A DNA stretch of 64,000 nt from Ilumatobacteraceae bacterium (GCA_037969115.1 JBBKWQ010000396.1:5422-69421); one strand, 5' to 3'. Shown: positions 18,573 through 28,417, counted from the stretch's first letter. Program-made: numbers and translations. The notes: generated by a model from the letters alone, not told the origin.

Positions 18573-19343
18573 GTGTGCACAGTGCGCAATGCGGTGAATG
18601 AGAATCAGACGATCGTGGTGCTCGGGGGAACCTCCGACATCGGTGTCGCCATTGCGCGACGACTGGTGAACCCGACCACGCGCCACGTCGTGTTGGCTGC
18701 TCGCAACACCAACGCAGCGACGGCGCGGCTCGCCGACATCGGAGTCGACGGTGACGTGGCGAGCGTCGAACCGTTCGACGCGGATGACTCGAAGAGCCAC
18801 TCGGCGTTCATCGAGCGGTTGGCAGAACGGTATGGCGATCTCGATGTCGTGGTGATCGCGTTCGGCGTGCTGGGCAGTCAGGACGAGTTCGACGCCGACC
18901 CGGCGGCTGCAGCTGCGGCCGTAACCACGAACTACACCGGCGCCGTGAGTGCTGGACTTGCCGTCGCGGGCCAACTCCGCCGGCAGGGACACGGTTCGCT
19001 CGTGGTGCTGTCGAGTGTCGCAGGCGAGCGCGTCCGCGCTGCCAATTTCGTCTACGGCTCGTCGAAAGCCGGACTCGATGGCTTCGCCCAGGGCCTGGGA
19101 GACTCGCTGGCCGGGTCTGGCGCGAACGTCCTGGTCGTGAGGCCCGGGTTCGTGAAGTCCGCGATGACAGAAGGATTGCCGGCTGCCCCGTTCTCGACGA
19201 CGCCCGAAGCGGTCGCCGACGCGGTGGCAGGTGCACTCGGTTCACGACGGCGCACCATATGGGTGCCGGGCATCCTCCGGTTCGTGTTCTCGGCGCTGCG
19301 CCATGTACCCGGTCCGATCTGGCGGCGGTTGCCGCTCGGATGA
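18573..19343 (+). CDS. dprE2: Decaprenylphospho-2'-keto-ribose reductase (SDR)
   Basis: VVLGGTSDIGVAIA, LSSVAGERVRAANFVYGSSKAGLDGF, VLVVRPGFV and the C-terminal ALRHVPGPIWRRLP match the DprE2 (Rv3791) pattern end to end. 256 aa. Confidence 0.9.
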   Translation: MCTVRNAVNENQTIVVLGGTSDIGVAIARRLVNPTTRHVVLAARNTNAATARLADIGVDGDVASVEPFDADDSKSHSAFIERLAERYGDLDVVVIAFGVLGSQDEFDADPAAAAAAVTTNYTGAVSAGLAVAGQLRRQGHGSLVVLSSVAGERVRAANFVYGSSKAGLDGFAQGLGDSLAGSGANVLVVRPGFVKSAMTEGLPAAPFSTTPEAVADAVAGALGSRRRTIWVPGILRFVFSALRHVPGPIWRRLPLG

Positions 19344-19359
19344 TCGCGGTGCCCGCGCG

Positions 19360-22300
19360 TCAGGCAGTGCATCGCCGGTACAGGACGATCAGTCCGTTTT
19401 CGAAGCTGTCGACCTCGCAGAACTGATCTCGAATGACCTGATTCGGTTCGTCGGGTCCGAATTCCATCGACGAGTTGGGCTCGATCCATCCGTTCCAGAA
19501 ACCGGTCAGGATCACCCAATCTGCCGTTTCGATCTCGCGCGCCAGCATCGAACCCGGTGCGTTCGCGAGGCCGGGGTCCATCTCGATGTAATAGGTAGCC
19601 GGGTCGAGTTCGGGGAACAGGTAATAGAAGAAGACGTCGCTGTACCAGGTGCGGCGCAAGTCTTGCGGACCGACGAACAGTCGCTCGCCGGGTTGCGCCT
19701 CGGCATCGAGCGCCTCGATGACTCCGGCACTGGCACGCCAGGGCCGGACATCTCCCAGGTAGAACTTGCGTCCATCGCGCTCGACGGGGAAGGCAGCCGG
19801 TATGTCGCCGACCGAGATACGCGCGTAGTTCAGGTAGTAGCGGTACGTGAACAGCGGTGCGACGATCAGCATCAGCGCCGCCAGGACGGCGGCGGCCGTG
19901 ACGGTGCGACGGCGCGGGTGTGACCTGGGTTCGTGCAACCGCATCACCTCCCAGATCGCCAGCACCAGGAGCGGCCACGAGATGCACGTGACCCACGCCA
20001 GATGCGTCGAGTCGGGTCGTTGGAGCGCCTGCGGGACGATGCCGACTCCGATGATCGATCCCACGAGCAACACGTTCGCCGTCGCAGATCCGTCGGTCTT
20101 GTGGCGGAGCCAGATTGCGAACGCGACGAGCCCGGCAGCGATGACCAACATGAGCCAGAACCAGATGAACAACGACTGACTCGCCGGAAGCGAGGGAATC
20201 GGCCAGTAGGGCGGCACGGTTTCGGCAATTGCCTGGAGCGAACCGTCGAGTGAGTTCCAACTCGGCGGTGACGGCAGCTCGCGCCCTGCTCGTAGGTGGA
20301 ACACGGGGTCGCTGAACATGCCCTCGAACGAGGCCGACGGCCCGGCGATCGCCAGGTGGATCCACATCGGAATTGCGCCGATGACACCACCGACGAGGAG
20401 TGGTTTCACGGCGGCCCGGTGTTGCCAGGCGAGCCAGCCGGCGACGAGCGCCACCGCCAGGATCAGATCTGGCCGAAACGTGAGTGCGAGGCCGCCGAGC
20501 AGTCCTGCGCCGATCCAGTGATGTGTGGCGCTTTGCGCAACGGTGCGGTTGGTGGCGCGCAGAGCGACGATCGCGCTCCACAGCACCAGGGCGAGGCCGC
20601 CGTTCCACGCCATCGCCGTCAGGCCGATCGGCGTGAGGATGAGCAACGTCGAGAGCACGCCGACAGCGGTGGCCGCAGTGCGGCCCCAGGCTCGCGCCAG
20701 CGTGTAGAGCGCGAAGATGATGGCGAGATGCTGCAAGGTCCCGAATGCCCGCTCGGCGCCCAGGGTGAATCCGACCACCTTGAACCAGCCCATGAGGGCA
20801 TACAGAGATCCGGGGCCGTAGAGGTGGAGAAAGTCGACGTTGGGAACGTCGCCTTTCCACATCCGCTCGGGGAAGTAGAGCATGAAACCCTCCTCCATGG
20901 TGCCGCCGGTGGTGGAGAACAGGCCACGCAGCGGCAGAGCAACGGTGAGCAGGATCAGCCCGATCGACAACCAGCTGCGTCGCGCTCCCTGCGCCACGCG
21001 GCGCAGGCCACCCGAACCGCCGAGGACGTAGGCGACGTCGTCGTCGACCGGTCCAGACGCCTCGCTGCCGGTCTCCGTGCCTGGCTCTACGTCGGCGGGC
21101 AGGAGCCACTTCCACGCGCGTGACAACACGGGCACTGCGGCAACTGCGGCGAGAATGCACAGCACCGGTTCCATCGGCGCACGGAACCGTACGGTTCCGT
21201 AGGCGTAAGCAGCAGTGATGGTGACCGACAACGCCTGAGCGCCGAGCGGCAACAAACGGACGCGGCGACGCCTCAGCATGATCGCCCCGGCGACCGACGA
21301 TGCTGCCAACGCGAAGTACATGACGAGTCCGACCTTGGCCGACCGGATCTCGCGTCCCTCGATGGAGGACAGCTCGACGTTCTGCATCGGTCGGAAGAGC
21401 TCCCACTGCCTGGCAACGCGGATGGCGACCACCCGTGGTACGTCGTCGAGGTGGTCGCCCGCGTAATCGAGACCGATGGTTCTCCAGTACCGCGCCTTCT
21501 CCGAGCGGTCTCCCGGAGGTTCACCGAACTCGGCGCGGTGCTGCTCCTGACAGTCGAACGCCCAATAGCCCACCAGTCGCCCGGAATAGGTGAGATCGCA
21601 GTTGGCGTAGACGAGGAGTTCGTTCCCGTTCTCCGACAACGGAACGAACTCCTCGAACGTGGTCAGGTTTCGTGCCGTCCACGGCGCGAGCACCATCAGA
21701 CATGTCGCGCCGGCGAGTACGAGGTGTCGCCAACGGTCGCCGAGGTCGAGGTCGTAGTTCCGCAACATCCACGGCATGACCAGGAGTGGTGCGAGCAAGA
21801 GTCCCTCACCGCGCGTGAGCGCAGCGAGACCGATCAGCGCACCGATCGCCGCCGAGCACCACCACGTCGGGCGATCACGCCACCGATAGGCCAACAGCAC
21901 GCACGACGTGGTGAGCAACGCGAAAAGGCCCTCGGGGAAGAGCAGTGGATCGATCATCCACAGGTTGGGGTAGAGGGCCGCGAACACACCGGCGACGAGT
22001 GCAACGGCGCGCCCGCCGAGGCGGCGCGCGACCGACATCGTGACCGCCACAGTTGCCGTGCCGATGAGGATCGACACGAACTTGTGGTCGACATAACTGG
22101 TTCCGCCCAGCCTTGACGACAACGACAGGATCACCGGGTACAGCGGGCCGTGGAGAGCGCTGGGCAGGGGAGTGGCGGAGTCGAGCCAGTTCAGCGGCTC
22201 GGGGAAGCCACGACCCTCGGCGAGTGCGTTCGCGGTGACGTGGTAGAAGAGCGGGTCGCCGTCGTCGGTCTTGGTGGCGAGGATCCGCAGCCACGCCGTG

Positions 22301-23292
22301 ACACGCATCAACAGACCACCGCCGACGACACCGGCGAAGACGGCGGGATACCACCAGGCCGGCCAGCGACCCGTTCGCCAGCGAATGACCGGAAGTGCGC
22401 CTGCTGCGGTGATCACGACGCCGATCGCCACGGCCAGTGCGGCAGACCAGAGGAACAATGGAATCGCTGCAGCAGCGACGATCGATCCGTTCGGTGTGTC
22501 GACGTAGCTCTCGATGTGTTGCCGGGCAAGACCGCCGACCACGACCGATCCGGCGAGGGCCGACCCGGGCGCAGCGAACCCGACCCTCGAGAACCATCGC
22601 GACGGCGAACCGGCGGCGAGATGGATGCTCAGGACGATCAAACCGGCGACGGCGAGGTACGCGACCCGGCGGACGAGCAGATCGACGACACCGGTGACGG
22701 GTTCGCCGCGCGGAAGCCCACCGAGCCATGCCGTTGCCAACATGATCGCCGCCGCCACGGGCAGAATCCGTTTTCCGCTGCGAAGTGCTGCCGGTGGACC
22801 GACCCGAGCGATGGAGACGACGATGAGCGCCAGACCGATGGTGTCGATCGAACCTGCAACGAAGCCGAGCGCTTCGCGGGCACCGGCGGAAACTCGTGAC
22901 TCCATGGCCACGTGCACCGGCACACCCAGTGCGGCTATCGCCGCGCCGGCTGTCATCCAGAAGCGTGAGCCTCGTAGGCCCAGTTCGAGGCGGTCCGCAG
23001 TGACCAGGGCTGCGATCGCGACGATGATCACGACGACACCGACATCGAAACGAGCAATCAGCCGACCGAGCACAGATTCGGTCGAGCCGGTGAAGTGGCC
23101 GACCTCGGCTGCGATGTTCGCGAGACCTGCCAATGAAACCAGAGCAAACGTCCGCGCAGCCAAGGCAGGACTGCGATCGTGTCTCGGGGCCGTCCCTTCG
23201 GGAGCACGGGTCGTTTCGAGCGAGGTCACAACGGCTGCGAGTGTAGGTGGCCCACCCCTGTCACAATGTGTATCGATCTGCGAGCAGATCAC
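19360..23292 (-). CDS. 1310-aa polytopic membrane protein: unknown N-terminal TM module + PMT_2/ArnT-like GT-C module + second GT-C-like module with C-terminal globular domain
   Basis: Uninterrupted 3.9-kb ORF. aa ~311-730 are colinear with the divergent neighbour 23313-24614 (YPNLWM, GLAALTRGEGLLLAPLL, APWTARNL, ANC...Y...GYWAFDC, RFRAPMEPV). aa ~771-1310 form another multi-TM block plus a ~150-aa soluble tail. The true start is uncertain (GTG 23292 or a downstream GTG/TTG). Confidence 0.8.
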   Translation of the reverse strand: MICSQIDTHCDRGGPPTLAAVVTSLETTRAPEGTAPRHDRSPALAARTFALVSLAGLANIAAEVGHFTGSTESVLGRLIARFDVGVVVIIVAIAALVTADRLELGLRGSRFWMTAGAAIAALGVPVHVAMESRVSAGAREALGFVAGSIDTIGLALIVVSIARVGPPAALRSGKRILPVAAAIMLATAWLGGLPRGEPVTGVVDLLVRRVAYLAVAGLIVLSIHLAAGSPSRWFSRVGFAAPGSALAGSVVVGGLARQHIESYVDTPNGSIVAAAAIPLFLWSAALAVAIGVVITAAGALPVIRWRTGRWPAWWYPAVFAGVVGGGLLMRVTAWLRILATKTDDGDPLFYHVTANALAEGRGFPEPLNWLDSATPLPSALHGPLYPVILSLSSRLGGTSYVDHKFVSILIGTATVAVTMSVARRLGGRAVALVAGVFAALYPNLWMIDPLLFPEGLFALLTTSCVLLAYRWRDRPTWWCSAAIGALIGLAALTRGEGLLLAPLLVMPWMLRNYDLDLGDRWRHLVLAGATCLMVLAPWTARNLTTFEEFVPLSENGNELLVYANCDLTYSGRLVGYWAFDCQEQHRAEFGEPPGDRSEKARYWRTIGLDYAGDHLDDVPRVVAIRVARQWELFRPMQNVELSSIEGREIRSAKVGLVMYFALAASSVAGAIMLRRRRVRLLPLGAQALSVTITAAYAYGTVRFRAPMEPVLCILAAVAAVPVLSRAWKWLLPADVEPGTETGSEASGPVDDDVAYVLGGSGGLRRVAQGARRSWLSIGLILLTVALPLRGLFSTTGGTMEEGFMLYFPERMWKGDVPNVDFLHLYGPGSLYALMGWFKVVGFTLGAERAFGTLQHLAIIFALYTLARAWGRTAATAVGVLSTLLILTPIGLTAMAWNGGLALVLWSAIVALRATNRTVAQSATHHWIGAGLLGGLALTFRPDLILAVALVAGWLAWQHRAAVKPLLVGGVIGAIPMWIHLAIAGPSASFEGMFSDPVFHLRAGRELPSPPSWNSLDGSLQAIAETVPPYWPIPSLPASQSLFIWFWLMLVIAAGLVAFAIWLRHKTDGSATANVLLVGSIIGVGIVPQALQRPDSTHLAWVTCISWPLLVLAIWEVMRLHEPRSHPRRRTVTAAAVLAALMLIVAPLFTYRYYLNYARISVGDIPAAFPVERDGRKFYLGDVRPWRASAGVIEALDAEAQPGERLFVGPQDLRRTWYSDVFFYYLFPELDPATYYIEMDPGLANAPGSMLAREIETADWVILTGFWNGWIEPNSSMEFGPDEPNQVIRDQFCEVDSFENGLIVLYRRCTA

Positions 23293-23312
23293 AGATCCGA
23301 ACGCACTGGCCG

Positions 23313-24614
23313 ATGACCCTTCTCAACACCCCGCACGTCTCCAACCACGTTTCGGCCACGCACCGCCGGTGGTTCCTCGCCGCAGTGACGCTCGCAGCGG
23401 CGGTTCGATTCGTCATGCTCGCGTCGAAGTGGCGAGACGGCCTGCTGCTGAACGACTCCCTCTGGTACAGCGGGCAGGCCTCGCAACTCGCTCGTGGTCG
23501 CGGATTCGCCGGTCCGTTCGTGAGCGGACCGTCGGCAGAGCATGGTCCACTCACCCCACTGCTGCTCGCTCCTGTGAGCGGGCTTGACAATCCCGTCCCG
23601 TGGCAACGGCTGGTCATGACGTTGATCGGCATCATCACCGTGGCACTGATCGGGCTGCTCGCCGCGCGTGTGGCCGGCTGGACGGCAGCGGTGTTTGCGA
23701 CGTTGTTGGCGGCGGTGTACCCCAATCTGTGGATGAACGACAGTTTGGTCATGTCGGAATCGGTGGCGGCCCTCATGGTGACCGGCGCGCTCCTGGTCGC
23801 GGTGTCGATCCCGGGCGGTCGGCATCAATCCGTACGCGGATTGTGGTGCGGTGCGCTCGTCGGGCTCGCGGCGTTGACCCGTAGTGAACTCTTGCTCCTG
23901 GCACCGCTCATCGCAGTGGTGATCTGGGTTCCCGATGAACGACGCACCGATGGGTCCGATCCGTCACGCCAGGTTCTTCGCACCCCGCTGCTGGTCGTGG
24001 TCGCCGCGCTCGTGGTGGTGTCGCCTTGGGTGGTGCGAAACCTGCTCAGCTTCGAGCGCCCCGTCGTGATGACCACCAACGATGGCGCGACCCTGTTGGG
24101 AGCGAACTGCGCCGACTCGTACGCCGGGGCCGACATCGGGGGATGGTCTCTGTTCTGCGTACTCGACGCCGGGGGCCGACCCGACGAAGAACCCTCGGTC
24201 CGGTCCGAGCGGTATCGCTCGCTCGCAGTCGATCACGCCACCGACCATCCCGGCCGAGTTCCACTCGTCGTTGCCGCCCGAATCGGTCGGGGTCTCGACC
24301 TGGTCGGGGTCGAGAACCTGGTCGTGGCCGACGTCGGCGAAGAGCGATACCGATGGGCCTCGTGGTCGGGTGTCGTCGCGTGGTGGCTGCTCGTGATCCC
24401 CATGATCGTCGGCGCACGAATGCTGACCCGTCGGCCGCGATTGATCCTGCTCACGCCTGTCGTTTCCGTGTTCATCACGACCGTTTGCTTCTACGGCGGC
24501 CATCGCATTCGCTCGCCGCTCGAGCCCGTGGTGGTCGTTCTGTCGGGCGTGGCAATGGCGGCCTGGTTCCAGCGACTCACTCGACCTCGACCGGGCAGCG
24601 GCGCGACAGCATGA
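23313..24614 (+). CDS. GT-C membrane glycosyltransferase, PMT_2/ArnT (GT39/GT83-like) family
   Basis: 433 aa and polytopic. LNDSLWYSGQASQLARGRGF, AAVYPNLWMNDS, GLAALTRSELLLLAPL, SPWVVRNLLSF and HRIRSPLEPV fit the pattern of bacterial PMT_2 proteins. ATG 23313 is preferred to GTG 23247, which overlaps the divergent gene. Confidence 0.8.
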   Translation: MTLLNTPHVSNHVSATHRRWFLAAVTLAAAVRFVMLASKWRDGLLLNDSLWYSGQASQLARGRGFAGPFVSGPSAEHGPLTPLLLAPVSGLDNPVPWQRLVMTLIGIITVALIGLLAARVAGWTAAVFATLLAAVYPNLWMNDSLVMSESVAALMVTGALLVAVSIPGGRHQSVRGLWCGALVGLAALTRSELLLLAPLIAVVIWVPDERRTDGSDPSRQVLRTPLLVVVAALVVVSPWVVRNLLSFERPVVMTTNDGATLLGANCADSYAGADIGGWSLFCVLDAGGRPDEEPSVRSERYRSLAVDHATDHPGRVPLVVAARIGRGLDLVGVENLVVADVGEERYRWASWSGVVAWWLLVIPMIVGARMLTRRPRLILLTPVVSVFITTVCFYGGHRIRSPLEPVVVVLSGVAMAAWFQRLTRPRPGSGATA

Positions 24615-26671
24615 CCGATCAGCCTCGCTACCAACCGGCGCTCGACGGCATCCGCGGCGTCGCTGTGGTCCTCGTCGTCTTGTTCCACGGCGGAGTGACG
24701 TGGCTCGACGGCGGCTACCTCGGCGTCTCGGTTTTCTTCACGCTGTCGGGTTTCCTGATCACCCGATTGCTCCTCACGGAGTTCGACCGCACCGGCGGCA
24801 TCGACATTCCGGCGTTCCTGGCTCGGCGGGCACGTCGTCTGCTCCCGGCAAGCGCCGTCTGTCTCGTTGGTGTGGCGGTGTGCTCGCGCCTCGGGCTGCT
24901 CGACGGTGTGGCAAACCTGCAGCGCGATCTCCTCGGCTCGGCTTTCCAGGTACAGAACTGGGTGATGCTCGCCTCGGGCGACTCGTATGCCGATTTGCTG
25001 GTCGACACGGCCGGCCGGCCGTCGCCGCTCGACCACTACTGGTCATTGGCGATCGAGGAACAGTTCTACTGGTTCTGGCCGGCGGCGGTTTCGATCTTGG
25101 CAGTCGTTCCACATGCGCGGATTCGCCGGTTCGGTGTGCTCGCGTTCGCGGCAGCGCTGGTCGCCCCATTGACGGCTGTGCTGTGGGGTGCAGAAGCCGC
25201 CTATCTGGCGACTCCGGCGCGTCTCGCCGAGATTCTGGTGGGAGCATCGTTGGCGACGATGTTCCATGACGCCGCCGCACTCGCCCGGCGCCCGCCGGCG
25301 TGGCTCGGTATCGCCGGATGGATCGGCGTCGCTTCCGTGATGTTCGGCGTGCTGGTACTTCCCGTCGCCGGCGGATTCGCCTATTCCGGCGGTCTGCCTT
25401 TGGTGGCAGTGGCAAGCGCGTTCTGGATCGCCTCGGTGCAGGCTGCGGGCTCCCTCACCCGCGTGATGGCGCATCCGGTCTTGGCAACCGTCGGCAGGGC
25501 GAGTTATGGCGTGTACCTGTATCACTGGCCGATCTTCGTGATGCTCGACGAGTCGAGAATCGGCCTGTCCGGATTCGGACTGCTTGGTCTTCGACTGGCC
25601 GTGACAGCGGTCGTCGCTGCCGCGTCGTTCGTCTGGATCGAGCAGCCGATCCGAACGGCCACATGGCGCCCACGTCCGACCTTGGCGATGGCGGGTGGTG
25701 CCACCGTCGTGTTGCTCGTGGTTGCGGTCGCCGTGCCGGCATCGTTGGACGAGTACTGGAATCGCGGAACCGCGGAGGCCGCGAGCGAGTTCCGGAGTGC
25801 TGCACCGGATGAACCGCTCACGTCAGCGACGTCTCCTCCGACGAGTGCACCACACCCTCCTGACGTCACCAGCGGCGTCGACGGGAGCGACGGCATTCCG
25901 CCGCGCCCACTTTCCACGGCGCCATCGACCGTCGAGTCCGACGCCGTCGCACAGACCGCAACCATCGATCTCGACCTCGACTTCGTCCCGGCCCGACCCG
26001 TGCGAATCGTGATGGTCGGTGACTCGACGGCCGAGGCGACCGGCAACGGTCTGGTCGATTGGGCGGTACAACACCCCGAGTTCGCCGAGGTGGCGCTGGC
26101 GGTGTCGCCCGGTTGTGGCTTCCTCCGAGGTGGCGTGGTCTCCACCGACGACGGTGTGCCTTTCGGCGAGAGCTGCGACGGCGTGCTGGACGACGTGCTT
26201 CCCGACCTGCTCGAAGCCGAACCGGACGTGGTCGTACTGCTCGCCACGTCGCGCGACATGCTCGACCGGGAGTGGTCGGATGACGAGGGTCCGCTCGGTC
26301 CACACGATCCGCTGTTCCGGGCCCGCCTCGAAGCTGACTACGCGACGATGACTCGGTTGATCCGACAGGCCGGAGCCGTCGTGGTGTGGACTCGTGCACC
26401 GGACGTCGACCCGTTCTGGCTCGGGTTGGACGACCGTTTCAGCAATGCCGAACGCCGCGCGGTCGTCGAAGGAGTCATGGAACGTCTTGCCGCCGACCCG
26501 GGTGACGGCGTCGAACTGCTCGATCTCCGATCGTGGGCCGCTGACGACGGCGTCGACGCAGACCACGAAGCACGGCCCGATGGCATGCATTGGACACCGG
26601 TCGCAGCGCTCGACATCGCTGATCGGTATCTTGCACCAGCACTCATCAACATTGCACTGGACCACACTTGA
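24611..26671 (+). CDS. Acyltransferase-3 (OafA/YrhL) membrane domain fused to a C-terminal SGNH hydrolase domain
   Basis: ALDGIRGVAVVLVVLFHGG...GYLGVSVFFTLSGFLIT (AT3 signature), a Ser/Thr/Pro linker, then IVMVGDSTAE (GDS block I) and PDGMHW (DxxH block V). ATGA overlap with the upstream gene at 24611-24614. Confidence 0.85.
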   Translation: MTDQPRYQPALDGIRGVAVVLVVLFHGGVTWLDGGYLGVSVFFTLSGFLITRLLLTEFDRTGGIDIPAFLARRARRLLPASAVCLVGVAVCSRLGLLDGVANLQRDLLGSAFQVQNWVMLASGDSYADLLVDTAGRPSPLDHYWSLAIEEQFYWFWPAAVSILAVVPHARIRRFGVLAFAAALVAPLTAVLWGAEAAYLATPARLAEILVGASLATMFHDAAALARRPPAWLGIAGWIGVASVMFGVLVLPVAGGFAYSGGLPLVAVASAFWIASVQAAGSLTRVMAHPVLATVGRASYGVYLYHWPIFVMLDESRIGLSGFGLLGLRLAVTAVVAAASFVWIEQPIRTATWRPRPTLAMAGGATVVLLVVAVAVPASLDEYWNRGTAEAASEFRSAAPDEPLTSATSPPTSAPHPPDVTSGVDGSDGIPPRPLSTAPSTVESDAVAQTATIDLDLDFVPARPVRIVMVGDSTAEATGNGLVDWAVQHPEFAEVALAVSPGCGFLRGGVVSTDDGVPFGESCDGVLDDVLPDLLEAEPDVVVLLATSRDMLDREWSDDEGPLGPHDPLFRARLEADYATMTRLIRQAGAVVVWTRAPDVDPFWLGLDDRFSNAERRAVVEGVMERLAADPGDGVELLDLRSWAADDGVDADHEARPDGMHWTPVAALDIADRYLAPALINIALDHT

Positions 26672-27822
26672 CCGACGCCGAACAGATCGCCCATCTCGTC
26701 GACGAGATCATCGACGCCGGCGTTCGTCGGGTCCACGTGCTTGCATGGCGTGATCTCGACGATCCCGACGCCGGCGGTTCCGAGGTACACGCGGATCACT
26801 TCATGACGCGTTGGGCGGACGCCGGACTCGACGTGCTGCATCGAACGTCTGCGGGCGTGGGCATCCCGGCCGAGGCTGACCGGGGCGGCTATCGCATCGT
26901 TCGTCGAGGCAGTCGCTACAGCGTCTTTCCGCGGACGGTGGTGTCGGAGGTAACCAGGTCGATGGGGCCCTATGACGGACTCGTCGAGATCTGGAACGGG
27001 GTGCCCTGGCTCTCGCCCGTCTGGTGTCGAAAACCATCGATCACCGTGGTTCATCACGTGCACGGTCCCATGTGGGACCAGATCATGCCCAGACCGCTCG
27101 CCGGTGTGGGGCGGGTGATGGAGACACGATTGGCTCCACCGTTCTACCGGCGGGGTCAGGTCGTCACTCCGTCGGAATCCACTCGTGGCGAACTGATCGA
27201 ACTGGGCTTTCGTCCAGACCGTGTCACGGCCTTCCCGAACGGCGTCGACGAGTTCTTCACGGAAGGACTCGACCGATACGTGGAACCGACGATCGTGGCC
27301 GCCGCCCGTCTGGCGCCCGTCAAACGGTTCATCAGCCTGCTCGACGCTGCGGAGCAGGCACGCCAACGTGTTCCGAACATGCAGGTCCGCATCGTCGGCG
27401 AGGGCCCTGAGCGAGCGAACATCGAGGCATGGGTTCGTGAACACGCCGCCCAATCGTGGGTGACCTTGGTCGGCCACATCACGCGCATCGAACTCCGCGA
27501 CGAGTACCGGCGAGCCTGGTTGGTGGTCAGCGCATCGCTCGCCGAGGGTTGGGGACTCGCACTCACCGAGGCTGCCGCGTGCGGCACCGCTGCGGTCGCC
27601 ACGGACATCAACGGGCATCGGTCATCGGTGGTCGATGGCGTCACCGGACTCCTGGCGCCGCTCGATCGGTTGGGGGAACGAATCGCCGACGTGCTGACCG
27701 ACGATTCGCTCAGGACCCGCCTCGCCGTCGCCGCACTCGACCGGGCGCGGACGCTCACCTGGGACGCGTCTGCGTTGGGATTGACGTCGATCTTTCATCG
27801 AGTCGTGCAAGAGTCGCGATGA
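26668..27822 (+). CDS. Glycosyltransferase family 4 (GT-B, retaining)
   Basis: GGSEVHADH... N-domain and C-terminal EGWGLALTEAAACGTAAVATDINGHRSSVVDGVTGLL (E-x7-E region). TTGA overlap with the upstream stop. Confidence 0.85.
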   Translation: MTDAEQIAHLVDEIIDAGVRRVHVLAWRDLDDPDAGGSEVHADHFMTRWADAGLDVLHRTSAGVGIPAEADRGGYRIVRRGSRYSVFPRTVVSEVTRSMGPYDGLVEIWNGVPWLSPVWCRKPSITVVHHVHGPMWDQIMPRPLAGVGRVMETRLAPPFYRRGQVVTPSESTRGELIELGFRPDRVTAFPNGVDEFFTEGLDRYVEPTIVAAARLAPVKRFISLLDAAEQARQRVPNMQVRIVGEGPERANIEAWVREHAAQSWVTLVGHITRIELRDEYRRAWLVVSASLAEGWGLALTEAAACGTAAVATDINGHRSSVVDGVTGLLAPLDRLGERIADVLTDDSLRTRLAVAALDRARTLTWDASALGLTSIFHRVVQESR

Positions 27823-28397
27823 TGGATTCGGGAACCCGACCGATCGCGACCCACGCTGTCGCAGTTGCGGTGCTCGCGCTCACGGTCGGACTCGTGGTCG
27901 GATGGTGGGTCTGGCCCTCACTGAGTGGTGCGGACGACCAGGTCGACGTGATGGTGATCGACGACGGTTTCCTCAAGACGAGTCGTCGATCCGTCGAGTT
28001 GCGGGTCCGCGAGGAGGGTCAACGAATCGAATGGCTCGACCTGGCCTCGACCGACTGTACGCCCGACGAGTTCGCCGCGGCCGTCTCCCGGGTCGCCCCG
28101 GAACGCGTCGTGATCAGCCTCGGCGACCCGACGTGCGAGGCGACCGCGGTGGCCGATCTGGCCCACTCGACGCCGATCGTGCTGGTCCGACCGGGTGAAC
28201 CCGTCGACAGACCTGAGGCGACCGAGGTCATCGACCCGACGCATTTGATCGGTCACCCGGAGCCGTCGCTGCGCCTCGGATGCCTCTGGTGGGAGGTCTG
28301 CCCGCCCGAACGGTCGGTCGAGGTGCGAGACACACGGGGAAATCTCACGATCGAGGGCGGAGAACGTGTTGCCCGATTGATCGCCGCGAACGTCTGA
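27819..28397 (+). CDS. Hypothetical single-pass membrane protein, unknown function
   Basis: 192 aa. One N-terminal TM (AVAVAVLALTVGLVVGWWVW) and a ~150-aa predicted exported domain with 4 Cys. ATGA overlap with the GT4 gene. I recognise no family motif. Confidence 0.6.
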   Translation: MMDSGTRPIATHAVAVAVLALTVGLVVGWWVWPSLSGADDQVDVMVIDDGFLKTSRRSVELRVREEGQRIEWLDLASTDCTPDEFAAAVSRVAPERVVISLGDPTCEATAVADLAHSTPIVLVRPGEPVDRPEATEVIDPTHLIGHPEPSLRLGCLWWEVCPPERSVEVRDTRGNLTIEGGERVARLIAANV

Positions 28398-28417
28398 CGG
28401 CTGTACGATCCTGCGCC

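Noticed and set aside
19052-21406. 784-aa alternative-frame ORF inside the 1310-aa membrane-protein gene
   Set aside because: Extremely Arg/Pro/Gly-rich with no hydrophobic periodicity. The competing frame encodes coherent TM helices and is paralogous to the neighbouring gene.
24026-24610. N-terminal extensions given by the ORF track for several genes (24026-, 5460-, 6290-, 8783-, 11313-, 27456-, 28280-, 41885-, 42559-, 54845..56308, 58441-)
   Set aside because: Each extension overlaps the preceding well-supported gene in a different frame and is compositionally aberrant. Internal ATG/GTG starts coincide with family-typical N-termini and usually with 4-nt stop/start overlaps.
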